A stretch of DNA of 16,931 nt. Source: Bacteriovoracaceae bacterium (GTDB taxonomy: Bacteria; Bdellovibrionota; Bacteriovoracia; Bacteriovoracales; Bacteriovoracaceae). Under the pieces are notes generated by a model. That model was not told the DNA's origin, ran no database searches, and saw only the letters and a list, made by a program, of their open reading frames with translations. The stretch spans positions 1-16,931 of the forward strand of contig JBFGZE010000076.1 in the NCBI GenBank assembly GCA_041586955.1, in the 5' to 3' direction. How positions within the stretch are numbered: the first letter of the stretch is position 1; each line of letters begins with the position of its first letter. Below, piece after piece: positions 1 to 8,794 of this stretch. Position numbers and translations under genes: made by a program.

Positions 1-2
1 AC

Positions 3-1463
3 AAAAATTCTAACGATAAAATGATTAAGGAAATTAATGTATTACTTGAAGAATTCATTTCAAGTAATAATAAAATGATAGATCAAATGATCAAAACCAC
101 TACCCAAAATAAACAGATTACTTACTATATAAAACTAGGATCTGATTTATCGTCACTAGCTTTTGGCATTTTTATCTTTTTTCTATCAACGAGTATTGGC
201 AACCGTATCAAGGATTTAAAATTTTCGATTTTAAAAGTTGTGGAAGGCAAAAAAGATCGTAAAATAGTTATTAGAGGGCATGATGATTTATCAGAAGTGG
301 CAAAATCATTTAACCTAATGCTAGATTCGCTTAACTCGACAACTGTCTCTAAGGATTATCTGGATAATATTCTCGGTTCTCTCACTGATATGCTTTTTGT
401 TCTCAACCCAATGGGAATTATCGAAAAGGTCAATCATACTGTTACCAATAATTTATTCCTCGAGGAAGCACAAATACTTGGAAAATGCTTTTCTGATTTT
501 ATTGATGTAGAAGAAGGCCAAGAACAATTAGACATTACCGATTACTTTAAGTCTATCCGTGGAATGCGAGACCTTGGAAAGGAAGTGAAATTTAAAACTC
601 CCTATAATCAGGACCTCTTTGCCCTTTTATCAATATCTTTTCTTAAAGACGAAAATAATATGTTCACTGGCTATGTCTGTGTGGCCCACGACATTACTGC
701 TTCAAAGAAAGTCAAAGAAGAACTAGAGTTAGAAAAAATAAAAACAATACAGGCCTCAAAACTATCCAATCTCGGTGAAATGGCAGCAGGTGTCGCTCAC
801 GAAATTAATAATCCGATGGCCATCATACATGGCTATGTCAGTCGCATGAACAAAATACTAAAGCGAGATGAATTCAACCAAGAGAAATTTCTTGTTATAT
901 TGGATAAAATCAATCATCAAAGTGAGAGAGTTTCAAAAATCGTCAACGGGTTAAGGACCTTTTCACGTGAAGGGTCAAATGATCTTTTTGAAAAGACCCC
1001 ATTAGAGGAAATAATCAATGAAAGTTTTGAATTATGCGTCTCTCGATTTAAATATAAAGGCATTGAATTAACTTATCCGGACTTTGATAAGAAGATTCAG
1101 ATTGAATGCCAAATGATCCCTCTTACTCAGGTTATCGTCAACGTTCTTAACAATGCCCATGATGCCATTAAAGATCTGCCCGAAAAATGGATAAAGTTAG
1201 AAATAAAAGACACTCCTCATACCGTGATTATCAGTGTCATTGATAGTGGCACAGGGATCCCTCTTAATATCCAAAATAAAATCTTGCAGCCCTTCTATAC
1301 CACAAAACCATTGGGAGAAGGAACGGGCCTAGGACTCGGAATCGCTGTCGGTATAATCAACAACCATAAAGGTGAATTTCGTATTGATAATAATCACAAA
1401 AATACAAAATTTGACATCATTTTACCCAAGGTCCATAAGCAGAAATTAAAAACCGCGTCCTAA
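3..1463 (+). CDS. Sensor histidine kinase (TM-HAMP-PAS-HisKA-HATPase_c), probably 5'-truncated by the window edge
   Basis: The frame is open from position 3, upstream of the ATG at 21. It has a TM helix (LAFGIFIFFL), a HAMP motif (DDLSEVAKSFNLM), a PAS domain (DMLFVLNPMGIIEKVN...HDIT), an H-box (AHEINNPM), an N-box (NAHDAI), G1 (DSGTGIP), F (PFYTTK) and G2 (GTGLGL). Confidence 0.95.
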   Translation, partial: KNSNDKMIKEINVLLEEFISSNNKMIDQMIKTTTQNKQITYYIKLGSDLSSLAFGIFIFFLSTSIGNRIKDLKFSILKVVEGKKDRKIVIRGHDDLSEVAKSFNLMLDSLNSTTVSKDYLDNILGSLTDMLFVLNPMGIIEKVNHTVTNNLFLEEAQILGKCFSDFIDVEEGQEQLDITDYFKSIRGMRDLGKEVKFKTPYNQDLFALLSISFLKDENNMFTGYVCVAHDITASKKVKEELELEKIKTIQASKLSNLGEMAAGVAHEINNPMAIIHGYVSRMNKILKRDEFNQEKFLVILDKINHQSERVSKIVNGLRTFSREGSNDLFEKTPLEEIINESFELCVSRFKYKGIELTYPDFDKKIQIECQMIPLTQVIVNVLNNAHDAIKDLPEKWIKLEIKDTPHTVIISVIDSGTGIPLNIQNKILQPFYTTKPLGEGTGLGLGIAVGIINNHKGEFRIDNNHKNTKFDIILPKVHKQKLKTAS

Positions 1464-1478
1464 AAGGATCAAGACCGT

Positions 1479-4004
1479 TTAGCCCTTTCCCTCTGTCGGA
1501 TCCATAGGCCAATAATGCTTAGGGTATCTGCCGGCCAATTCTTTTCGAACTTCAAAATAGTTTTTTTTCCAAAACTGAGACAAATTATTGGTCACCTGTG
1601 CTGCTCGACCATTGGGTGCCAAAAGTTCAATGGTCAAAGCGTATTGACCAAGGCCCAACAGAGGGCAAAAGTCCTCTCCTAATAACGCTTGAAGATACAC
1701 CGATATTTTAGGTCTCAAAAAATGGTCATAGAGGACCTTTACCCCTTTACCATTTGGTAATTTTAGAAAAATGGGTGCTTCCTTGTCGATAAAGTCTTTT
1801 TGGGCCTCATCCATAAGCATAAAAAAATAATCTTGTACAAGATCGTCCTTCCATTTATCAACTTTATTATAATCATCATATATAAGTTCCAAAATAGAAC
1901 GTATTTCTTCTTTATTAACCTTAGGGTCTAATTGAGGTAATGAAATTTGTGGACAATATTTATTAAGGAAAAGTAACCGTAAATGTAGGAGATTTAGCGC
2001 AGGAAACTTAAGCAAAAATTGATCCCAATCTGAAATAATAAGATTAATCGCCTTTTCTTTTTTCTCTTGTGGTGATAAACGAAGAGGCCGCAATTTCGAA
2101 ACGGGTATCCCCATAAAACAATCGGCTTCCTTCTCAATAGAAAGACCATTTCTATCGTCATAAATTATTTTTTCAATGGTTAATCGGTCTTTAAAATAGT
2201 GGCGAATCCAACTGGCCTCAATTTTAGAGGCGAAACTAACTTGGGCCTCAGCTTTGGGCCGATTGCTTAGGTTAGTAGGATTTAGACCCAGAAAATAGGA
2301 TCCTGATTTGACACAAGAAAATTCCGATAAAATAACCCCTCGTCCTCCTAACATCTTGCCTTTAAAGGGTTTATTTTTTCGACGCTCTACCAAGCGATCA
2401 GGATAAGAAAGTAATAATAATTGAGCGAGATCAAAATCTCGCCCTTTTAAATAAGGAAGGATCTCAATAGATTTTCCTTGAATGACTTTCCTCATCTTTA
2501 ATAATGCTTGGTAACTTTTATTAACTCTTTTAAGATGAGACGAGTTTACTTCATTTTTACCATAATACTGACGGTCTTTAAAAATTCCCAGACGGTAAGC
2601 AATATCACAATTAGCTTGATCAAATTCTTGATCAGGAGACACTTTCTTAATAATATCCCCGCCTTCTAATAAAGACGCCATTAAGGCCGCGTCTTCAAAA
2701 TGACCGCTATGATACCCATGAATGAGAAGGCTTCCCTGCCGGTGGCCACAATTTAAAGAAGCGAGAAGGCGACCAAAAGGCGTTAAATAATTCAGCTTGA
2801 GTGCGCCCATTAATTCCAAAACCTTTAACGAATAGACCTCAGACTCTTGTGTCCACCTTGTCGGGAATTCAAGCGGTTCCTCTGCTGGAAGAAGAGTCAT
2901 TAATAAAAGCATAAGATCAGTTAAATCCGTTCTTAAAATTTCCGGTGCTTGAAAATCATTCATGCGGCGGTGGTCAACTTTAGTCCATAAACGAAAACAT
3001 ATTCCCTTATGCTGGCGGGCAGCTCTCCCTGCCCGCTGATCGGCCGAGGCCTTAGATATTCTTTGCAAGCTTAATTGATCAACACCGACTTCCGAATCAA
3101 ATCTCATCACCTTAGCAAGTCCACTATCAACAATGATTTGAACCCCTTCAACTGTTAATGAAGATTCGGCAATATTTGTTGCTAAGATAATTTTACGACG
3201 GGATCCCTTATAGACTGCCTTATCTTGATCCTTTTGCGGAAGCTGCCCATGTAGTGGAAAAATGTCCAAATCGAGTTCCATGGTCAATAAGATTTTACGT
3301 AATCTTTCAATCTCTCCGGCACCAGGGAGAAAGGCCAATACATCGCCCTGATAGTCGGAATGCGAAAGGGCCTCCTTAATAGTTATTGCCATTGTTTCAT
3401 AGAAGTCTTGCGGCCGATTATAATTAAGAGATAATTCCCTATGATAAACTTCTAAGGGATATAATTGCCCGTTTGCCTGAATTATAGGAGCATTGTCAAA
3501 AAATTGCGAGACAAACTCAACATTAATTGTTGCCGACATAATCACAATTTTCAAATCGGGTCTTCTTGTCCGCCGCAAATATTTAATCCATGCCGCCGCA
3601 AAGTCTGTATGAAGATTGCGTTCATGAAATTCATCCAAAATGACAATACCAAAGCCATCCAAATTATTATTAAATTGGATTAATTTAGTGAACAGGCCTT
3701 CTGTTAAAACTTGAAGTTTTGTATCAGCTCCAATTTGACGATCAAAACGCACGGCATATCCTACTTCTTTGGCAACAGTCCAATTATTCTCCATAGCAAT
3801 TCGCTCGCAAGATAAACGGGCGGCCATTCTTCTCGGTTGTAGGAGCGCAATCTTCTGGTCAGTTAATTGGCAAAGAGCTGGAGGAATGCGAGTCGTTTTA
3901 CCAGAACCCGGAGGAGAAGAAATCACGACTACTCCCTGTTTCTCGAGAAGAGTTATAATCCGGGGTAAAAGAGAATCAATGGGAAGTGTCGGCCTTAAAG
4001 TCAT
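1479..4004 (-). CDS. hrpB: ATP-dependent DEAH-box RNA helicase HrpB
   Basis: Motifs GSGKTT, DEFHER, MSAT, ATNIAESSLT and QRAGRAAR, plus the HrpB-type C-terminus LLAPNGRAAQVT...FW...Y.EVRKELAGRYPKHYWP; 841 aa; AGGA upstream of the ATG. Confidence 0.95.
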   Translation of the reverse strand: MTLRPTLPIDSLLPRIITLLEKQGVVVISSPPGSGKTTRIPPALCQLTDQKIALLQPRRMAARLSCERIAMENNWTVAKEVGYAVRFDRQIGADTKLQVLTEGLFTKLIQFNNNLDGFGIVILDEFHERNLHTDFAAAWIKYLRRTRRPDLKIVIMSATINVEFVSQFFDNAPIIQANGQLYPLEVYHRELSLNYNRPQDFYETMAITIKEALSHSDYQGDVLAFLPGAGEIERLRKILLTMELDLDIFPLHGQLPQKDQDKAVYKGSRRKIILATNIAESSLTVEGVQIIVDSGLAKVMRFDSEVGVDQLSLQRISKASADQRAGRAARQHKGICFRLWTKVDHRRMNDFQAPEILRTDLTDLMLLLMTLLPAEEPLEFPTRWTQESEVYSLKVLELMGALKLNYLTPFGRLLASLNCGHRQGSLLIHGYHSGHFEDAALMASLLEGGDIIKKVSPDQEFDQANCDIAYRLGIFKDRQYYGKNEVNSSHLKRVNKSYQALLKMRKVIQGKSIEILPYLKGRDFDLAQLLLLSYPDRLVERRKNKPFKGKMLGGRGVILSEFSCVKSGSYFLGLNPTNLSNRPKAEAQVSFASKIEASWIRHYFKDRLTIEKIIYDDRNGLSIEKEADCFMGIPVSKLRPLRLSPQEKKEKAINLIISDWDQFLLKFPALNLLHLRLLFLNKYCPQISLPQLDPKVNKEEIRSILELIYDDYNKVDKWKDDLVQDYFFMLMDEAQKDFIDKEAPIFLKLPNGKGVKVLYDHFLRPKISVYLQALLGEDFCPLLGLGQYALTIELLAPNGRAAQVTNNLSQFWKKNYFEVRKELAGRYPKHYWPMDPTEGKG

Positions 4005-4088
4005 TTTTCCTAATGTCTGCGAGAGTCGTTATTTTTTTAATAATCCCTCTTTATTTATTGAGTCCTACTACTAGCAATTATTACTGTA

Positions 4089-4123
4089 TTGGTGATAATT
4101 ATCATCTATTTTATAATAATTAA
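4089..4123 (+). promoter_or_regulatory. Putative sigma70 promoter of the transglycosylase-like gene, overlapped by a 12-bp palindrome
   Basis: TTGGTG (4089-4094), 17 nt, perfect TATAAT (4112-4117), 6 nt, then ATG (4124). Palindrome TGATAATTATCA at 4093-4104. Confidence 0.45.
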
Positions 4124-5467
4124 ATGAGTTTATTAAGGACCGTTTTTGCTTTAACTTTTTTCACTTATTTTTCAAACTTCTTATTAATTGCTAAAGAAAA
4201 TCACTCCTTTTATTTTATCAATGGGGGAACACTTTCATCCCAAGAAGGTTATGTCATTCCCAAAAATACATATGCACAAATAATGAAGGAAAACTCATGG
4301 TCTGTCACCATTATGGTGTTCAATCAAAAGGGGATCCTCTTAAATAACGGAAGGCCCATAACAATTAGTAAAAAATGGTTCTATAAAGCAAGCACCGACT
4401 TGAGCTTAGAGCATTTTGTCAACCTATTGGCCGAAGGCCTTAATATTGAATCCATTCAACAAAAATACTGTCAAGAATCGGCCAAGCAATTAGGGCCTTT
4501 AAAAAAAGAAGAAATTAAAGCTGGGCCCTTACCCGAAAATAATATGTGGACTTTCTTAACAAAAAATCCAAACGAGTTGGAAAACTTTTATTCTTGTTAC
4601 CAAAAAGATAGATCCGCCCTGAGAGATTATTCTTTATACTTTAGACCAAGTATTACTGAAATCTCAGAGCAATATGCCAAATCATCTGAGGGAATTAACA
4701 GCGAACAAGTTAATGCCATTCTAGGGTGCCTACTTTATCGTGAATCTTCTCATTGGAAAGGAAAAGAGTCACATTCTGGAGCAGTTGGGATTGGACAATT
4801 TACAGGAACTGCTATTAATCGTGTAAAATCGATCCTCACCTTTAAGAGTAAAGATACGTTCCAAGCTCGCCTTGATAGTAGGTATAAAAAGCTAAGGGAA
4901 AAAAAATTATCCGCAACAAAAAGGCGTCAACTCCAGCGAGATATCAATATTATTAATGCAGAAAAAGCACGCTATATGCGTTTTAAAAAGCTTCAACAAT
5001 ATTGGAAACAATTAAACTTAAAAAAGAGACCGGCCGCTAGAAAGCTCAATCATACGTACTTTGCTGATAAAAACAATCACCAGTCAATTATTGCCATGTC
5101 CTCTCTCCTCTTGCTGGACTGTCAAATAGGATTTGAGCAGGCCGAAGTTAAGATGTCTCCCAAAACAGCGCTTTTGGCCTGTGCAGGGGCCTATAACATG
5201 GGGGCCCATGGATTCTTTAAAAACGCAATCAATAAGAGAACCTTAGATCAGCAAAACCTTCAATCATGGATCACTAATCTCGAGAGTTCTCACAGTCCAC
5301 AAAAAAAGGAAACAATCGGGCACCTCATATCTATTCATCGTTGCTCGCAAAAGGAGTCCAATTTTCCACCATGCGGAACAAACCATCATTATTGTAAAAA
5401 TTTACCTTTGACAAATCCTTGTCAATCCCCTGATAGCCTTAAATGCCCTAGGGAGAAATGCCAATGA
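4124..5467 (+). CDS. Secreted lytic transglycosylase-like (SLT/lysozyme-fold) protein
   Basis: N-terminal signal-like hydrophobic segment; SLT motif I (LLYRES, putative catalytic E207), motif II (SGAVGIGQF) and motif III (AGAYNMG); Cys-rich C-terminal tail. Confidence 0.8.
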   Translation: MSLLRTVFALTFFTYFSNFLLIAKENHSFYFINGGTLSSQEGYVIPKNTYAQIMKENSWSVTIMVFNQKGILLNNGRPITISKKWFYKASTDLSLEHFVNLLAEGLNIESIQQKYCQESAKQLGPLKKEEIKAGPLPENNMWTFLTKNPNELENFYSCYQKDRSALRDYSLYFRPSITEISEQYAKSSEGINSEQVNAILGCLLYRESSHWKGKESHSGAVGIGQFTGTAINRVKSILTFKSKDTFQARLDSRYKKLREKKLSATKRRQLQRDINIINAEKARYMRFKKLQQYWKQLNLKKRPAARKLNHTYFADKNNHQSIIAMSSLLLLDCQIGFEQAEVKMSPKTALLACAGAYNMGAHGFFKNAINKRTLDQQNLQSWITNLESSHSPQKKETIGHLISIHRCSQKESNFPPCGTNHHYCKNLPLTNPCQSPDSLKCPREKCQ

Positions 5468-5853
5468 AATACCTTCTCATAATCATTTTTTTAACACCTT
5501 CCCTCCACGCATTCAATTTCCAAGAATCCCCGCTCAAGTTAAGTCAATTGGAGACAGTTGAAATTAAGCTCGAGGAGTATCTTAAAAGAAAAGGTAAGAA
5601 TCAGATCGAAGCACAAGGAAAGAGCAACAACTGGGACCTAGAAACCCATTACCTAACGCTTTTATTCCCCTATCTATTGCCGGAGTCATTTCCAGGAAAA
5701 AATCTTTATATGGAATGCTATCTCGACTTAAAATCCTATACTGATAGTAAAAAGTCCTACGATTATCGGAAATGGAATAATTGTATTCAATACAAAAATG
5801 GCAATAGGCCCCATGCAATCACAAAAAAAATTCTCAAGGAATTAGCCCCCTAG
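5464..5853 (+). CDS. Small secreted hypothetical protein
   Basis: ATG at 5464 overlaps the upstream stop as ATGA, with GGGAG at 5451-5455. Signal peptide MKYLLIIIFLTPSLHA; two Cys. The ORF-track start at 5458 is less likely. Confidence 0.75.
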   Translation: MKYLLIIIFLTPSLHAFNFQESPLKLSQLETVEIKLEEYLKRKGKNQIEAQGKSNNWDLETHYLTLLFPYLLPESFPGKNLYMECYLDLKSYTDSKKSYDYRKWNNCIQYKNGNRPHAITKKILKELAP

Positions 5854-5907
5854 CCTATCGGCGAGCCGCATCATGACCTTCCTAATACTTCCACATCGGG
5901 GAGAATA

Positions 5908-7335
5908 TTAACGAGCTGGTGAAAACCAGACATCCCAAACGATTCCATCTTTCTTTTTGCCATTTTGAATGAAGGAGAATGTTCCCTTTTCTCGCACTTC
6001 TGCTCGATGAGAAAACTCAATATGGGCTTTTTGGTAATAAAGACTGATGGCCGAAACTCCCTTTTTCTTCAAGGGCGTCAATTCATTTTTAGAAGATTCA
6101 CCATCACCATTAATATCACGCCACAATAATAACTGAGAATAAACTTTATCTTTTTGATCGATACGATAATCAGCATTATGATCGTGATCTTTTAAACTCT
6201 CGAAGCCATTATCAAAACCATTACCATCTCCAAATAACTCTTTCGCCGATGAAATCCGGCCATCACCATCACGGTCAAGTGCCAATAGATAACCAGGAGC
6301 GCCTTTTTCTACCCAATGTACCACTGCCGCATCAGTGTAAAGAGGAAAGGAGCTACGTCCGCTAAAATTGGGTCTATTCGCATCAAAGAAAAGCATTAAA
6401 GGAGAATAATATGAACCACAAAAACGGTTCATCCCCAAAAAGGAGGGCTTAATATGAAGACATTGCTCAAATTCATTCAACGACTTTTCAATTTTATGAG
6501 TTAATTCGCGAGGCAAACCTTTTGAGTCATTTTGGTAGAAGAGAGTATTAACCAAAGAAGGTTTACCACTCACGAGATACTCTCCAGTCGTCAAATCCCG
6601 AGAAACTGTTCGTTTTTTAATATTCGCCCCGTTGAGTTCAACGATGATCTCTCCGCGTTTTCCATATTTATCTATCCGGCCAATTGACTTGCTAGATGTG
6701 ACTTTAATTTTATTAGAAAAATTTTCAAAACGATCCCTTAAACCACAATTAGCTGTGCCTATTTTTTTCTTATAAGATTTAACAGCGGCATAACCGGTTC
6801 CTGACCAATTATAAAAGAAAAGACAGCTAATCTTCTTGTTAAGCTCACCTTGTTTAGCAAGGTCCATCTCGCGGGTACATGATAGAGTATCATCGAGGAA
6901 CCACTTCGCCCTATTATAAGAACATTTATAGTTCACACTTTTTCCTTCAATTAAACAAGAAACCTTTTCACCACCACCAGTTACCCAAGTACAGCTTTGA
7001 CCATAGTTTTCAGGCCAAACGGATTTGATAGGAAAGGAAATATCGGCGTCAAAGACTTCTCCTTCATTTCGAATTTTCAGAGACATTTTGACATCATCGC
7101 CTTGAGGGTTAAGCGCAATACCGCCACCACGCATATTCGCTCCATAACAAGATGGTCTAATGATCACTTTTAAATACTTGGGATCGGTGCCATCACATCC
7201 TTTCTTTTTATAAACATTACCCAATTGTTTAACATACTCGTTTGGCGCATTTTGAGGGATAATAGAAAATTGCTGCCCGTAGCCAAAACCTGTCAACAAC
7301 GTGGTAAAAGATATTATGATAAATTTAGACCGCAT
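5908..7335 (-). CDS. Secreted Cys-rich protein with C-terminal EF-hand-like Ca2+-binding domain resembling the FrpC self-processing module
   Basis: AGGAG SD; signal peptide MRSKFIIISFTTLLTGFGYG; 10 Cys in the N-terminal ~310 aa; loops DRDGDGRISSAKE, DHNADYRIDQKD and DINGDGESSKNE; motifs PLML, LLALD, ELFGD, NGFESL, LLLWRD and GVSAISL. Confidence 0.8.
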   Translation of the reverse strand: MRSKFIIISFTTLLTGFGYGQQFSIIPQNAPNEYVKQLGNVYKKKGCDGTDPKYLKVIIRPSCYGANMRGGGIALNPQGDDVKMSLKIRNEGEVFDADISFPIKSVWPENYGQSCTWVTGGGEKVSCLIEGKSVNYKCSYNRAKWFLDDTLSCTREMDLAKQGELNKKISCLFFYNWSGTGYAAVKSYKKKIGTANCGLRDRFENFSNKIKVTSSKSIGRIDKYGKRGEIIVELNGANIKKRTVSRDLTTGEYLVSGKPSLVNTLFYQNDSKGLPRELTHKIEKSLNEFEQCLHIKPSFLGMNRFCGSYYSPLMLFFDANRPNFSGRSSFPLYTDAAVVHWVEKGAPGYLLALDRDGDGRISSAKELFGDGNGFDNGFESLKDHDHNADYRIDQKDKVYSQLLLWRDINGDGESSKNELTPLKKKGVSAISLYYQKAHIEFSHRAEVREKGTFSFIQNGKKKDGIVWDVWFSPAR

Positions 7336-7356
7336 AATCTTCTCCTGACTTGCTTA

Positions 7357-8337
7357 TCAAGGATTAACTTCTTTCTTTTTATTATCATCTCGATTAAATT
7401 CAACACTGATTGATGGCGAATCAATTGTTTCTCTATAAAAGCTAACCATATTGATATTATGTCCTACAATTTGTGACTTCCATTCTCCAGTTGGCAACTT
7501 TACTTCCCGTAATAATTTCCCAACGAGTACACCATTCTCTTTGATTGTTTGTATTTTATAACGCACAATTTTAACCGCTGAGATAAAGACAAAGTTGCCC
7601 AGCCCCTCGACATAAGGGGCCCTACGCAGCATTTTATCTGATGATGTGATTCTTGTTTTATCGCGTGGATCAATACTAATAAATTGCTTGTCCACATCCT
7701 CTGGGATTAATTTCCCCAAATGCTGATCGCGAGGGACCCACCCCATATAGGCAATTTTGTGGGGCGCCGAACTCCCGTCAGTAAAGTCCTTCACCCGGAT
7801 AGTACGACTAGCATAGAGATAAACTAATTTATTTTTTCTCCATGGTGAATTATATCTTTTTTCAAAAAAGTTCCCATGATTAAGGGATTTAAACTCCAAG
7901 GAATTTTTTGAATAAGCATCGACGGGGTTATACATCAATTCCTCTCCATTCACACCATCAGAAACGATAAAGGAAATGGTCTTACTATAGGCGCCCTCAA
8001 CCGATTCTCGGTACAGATTAAATTCTCTTTTACAATTGGTCACACAGGAAATATCCGAGGTAAAATCAAAAAAATTACGATTCATATCATCTGGTAATGA
8101 AAGGCTATTCAAAGAATGTTTCGCATGAAGAATATCCTCTTTTATTATTTGTTCCGTATAAAGATTATCTAAAGTTTCAATCATATTATCGCGACTGAGG
8201 GATACATCTTTTCTAACAATATCAAAAATTGCTCCACCGGCCATGAAGAGTAGGCCAACCATTGAAGCGGCAACCAACATTTCCACCATCGTAAAACCAT
8301 AATCATTTATTATTTCTTTTGGTTTCATTATTTTCAT
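7357..8337 (-). CDS. Type IV minor pilin/pseudopilin, PilW/GspJ-like (~326 aa)
   Basis: Class III signal peptide G|FTMVEMLVAASMVGLLFMAG with Glu at +5. ATG at 8337 lies 1 nt after the upstream stop; 8349 and 8328 are alternative starts. The PilW-like call rests on size and context. Confidence 0.8.
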   Translation of the reverse strand: MKIMKPKEIINDYGFTMVEMLVAASMVGLLFMAGGAIFDIVRKDVSLSRDNMIETLDNLYTEQIIKEDILHAKHSLNSLSLPDDMNRNFFDFTSDISCVTNCKREFNLYRESVEGAYSKTISFIVSDGVNGEELMYNPVDAYSKNSLEFKSLNHGNFFEKRYNSPWRKNKLVYLYASRTIRVKDFTDGSSAPHKIAYMGWVPRDQHLGKLIPEDVDKQFISIDPRDKTRITSSDKMLRRAPYVEGLGNFVFISAVKIVRYKIQTIKENGVLVGKLLREVKLPTGEWKSQIVGHNINMVSFYRETIDSPSISVEFNRDDNKKKEVNP

Positions 8338-8338
8338 A

Positions 8339-8794
8339 TCATTGACCATTAACCAAGAAGGTGTACTCTTTAAAGGTTTCAATATAACGTGCATGAGTTA
8401 CTTTAATCGTTAACTTATAAAGTCCTCTATAGGTTGTCAGAGGCTCAATAACAAAACCCATACGACCTTCACAAGCTGGGCATTGATCTACGTCAGTTAA
8501 TGTTTTTTCATCCCAGGCCAAAGGCAATTCCTTCATCAACTGGGCCTTAGAAGTCATACTTAAAAACACGCCAGCATTATAATCGACTTGATAAAGAGCA
8601 ACATTATTCTGAATATTGCGGGAAAGTGATAATGCTGCTCTTTCCACACTTAGCTTATTTTCCACATCATTAGAGAAGCGGTTTAGATACTTTGACCCCC
8701 CAATAAGCCCGGTTGCGACAATACCAATAATGGCGAATCCAACCAGCACTTCGACCAGGGTGAACCCATATTCGTTTTGTTTTAAACTTCTCAT
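8339..8794 (-). CDS. Type IV minor pilin, PilV/GspI-like (~151 aa)
   Basis: Class III signal peptide G|FTLVEVLVGFAIIGIVATGLI; ATG at 8794 forms an ATGA overlap with the upstream stop; C-terminal GLYKLTIKVT strand as in PilV/GspI-like proteins. Confidence 0.85.
   Translation of the reverse strand: MRSLKQNEYGFTLVEVLVGFAIIGIVATGLIGGSKYLNRFSNDVENKLSVERAALSLSRNIQNNVALYQVDYNAGVFLSMTSKAQLMKELPLAWDEKTLTDVDQCPACEGRMGFVIEPLTTYRGLYKLTIKVTHARYIETFKEYTFLVNGQ

Noticed and set aside
3465..4074. Plus-strand ORFs 3465-3683 and 3769-4074
   Set aside because: Antisense to the well-supported hrpB, with no recognisable motifs; likely shadow ORFs.
5908..7335. Calling the secreted protein PilY1 or an RTX toxin
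   Set aside because: Too short, with no recognisable PilY1 beta-propeller or vWA motifs; no GGxGxD nonapeptide repeats; it has an N-terminal signal peptide.
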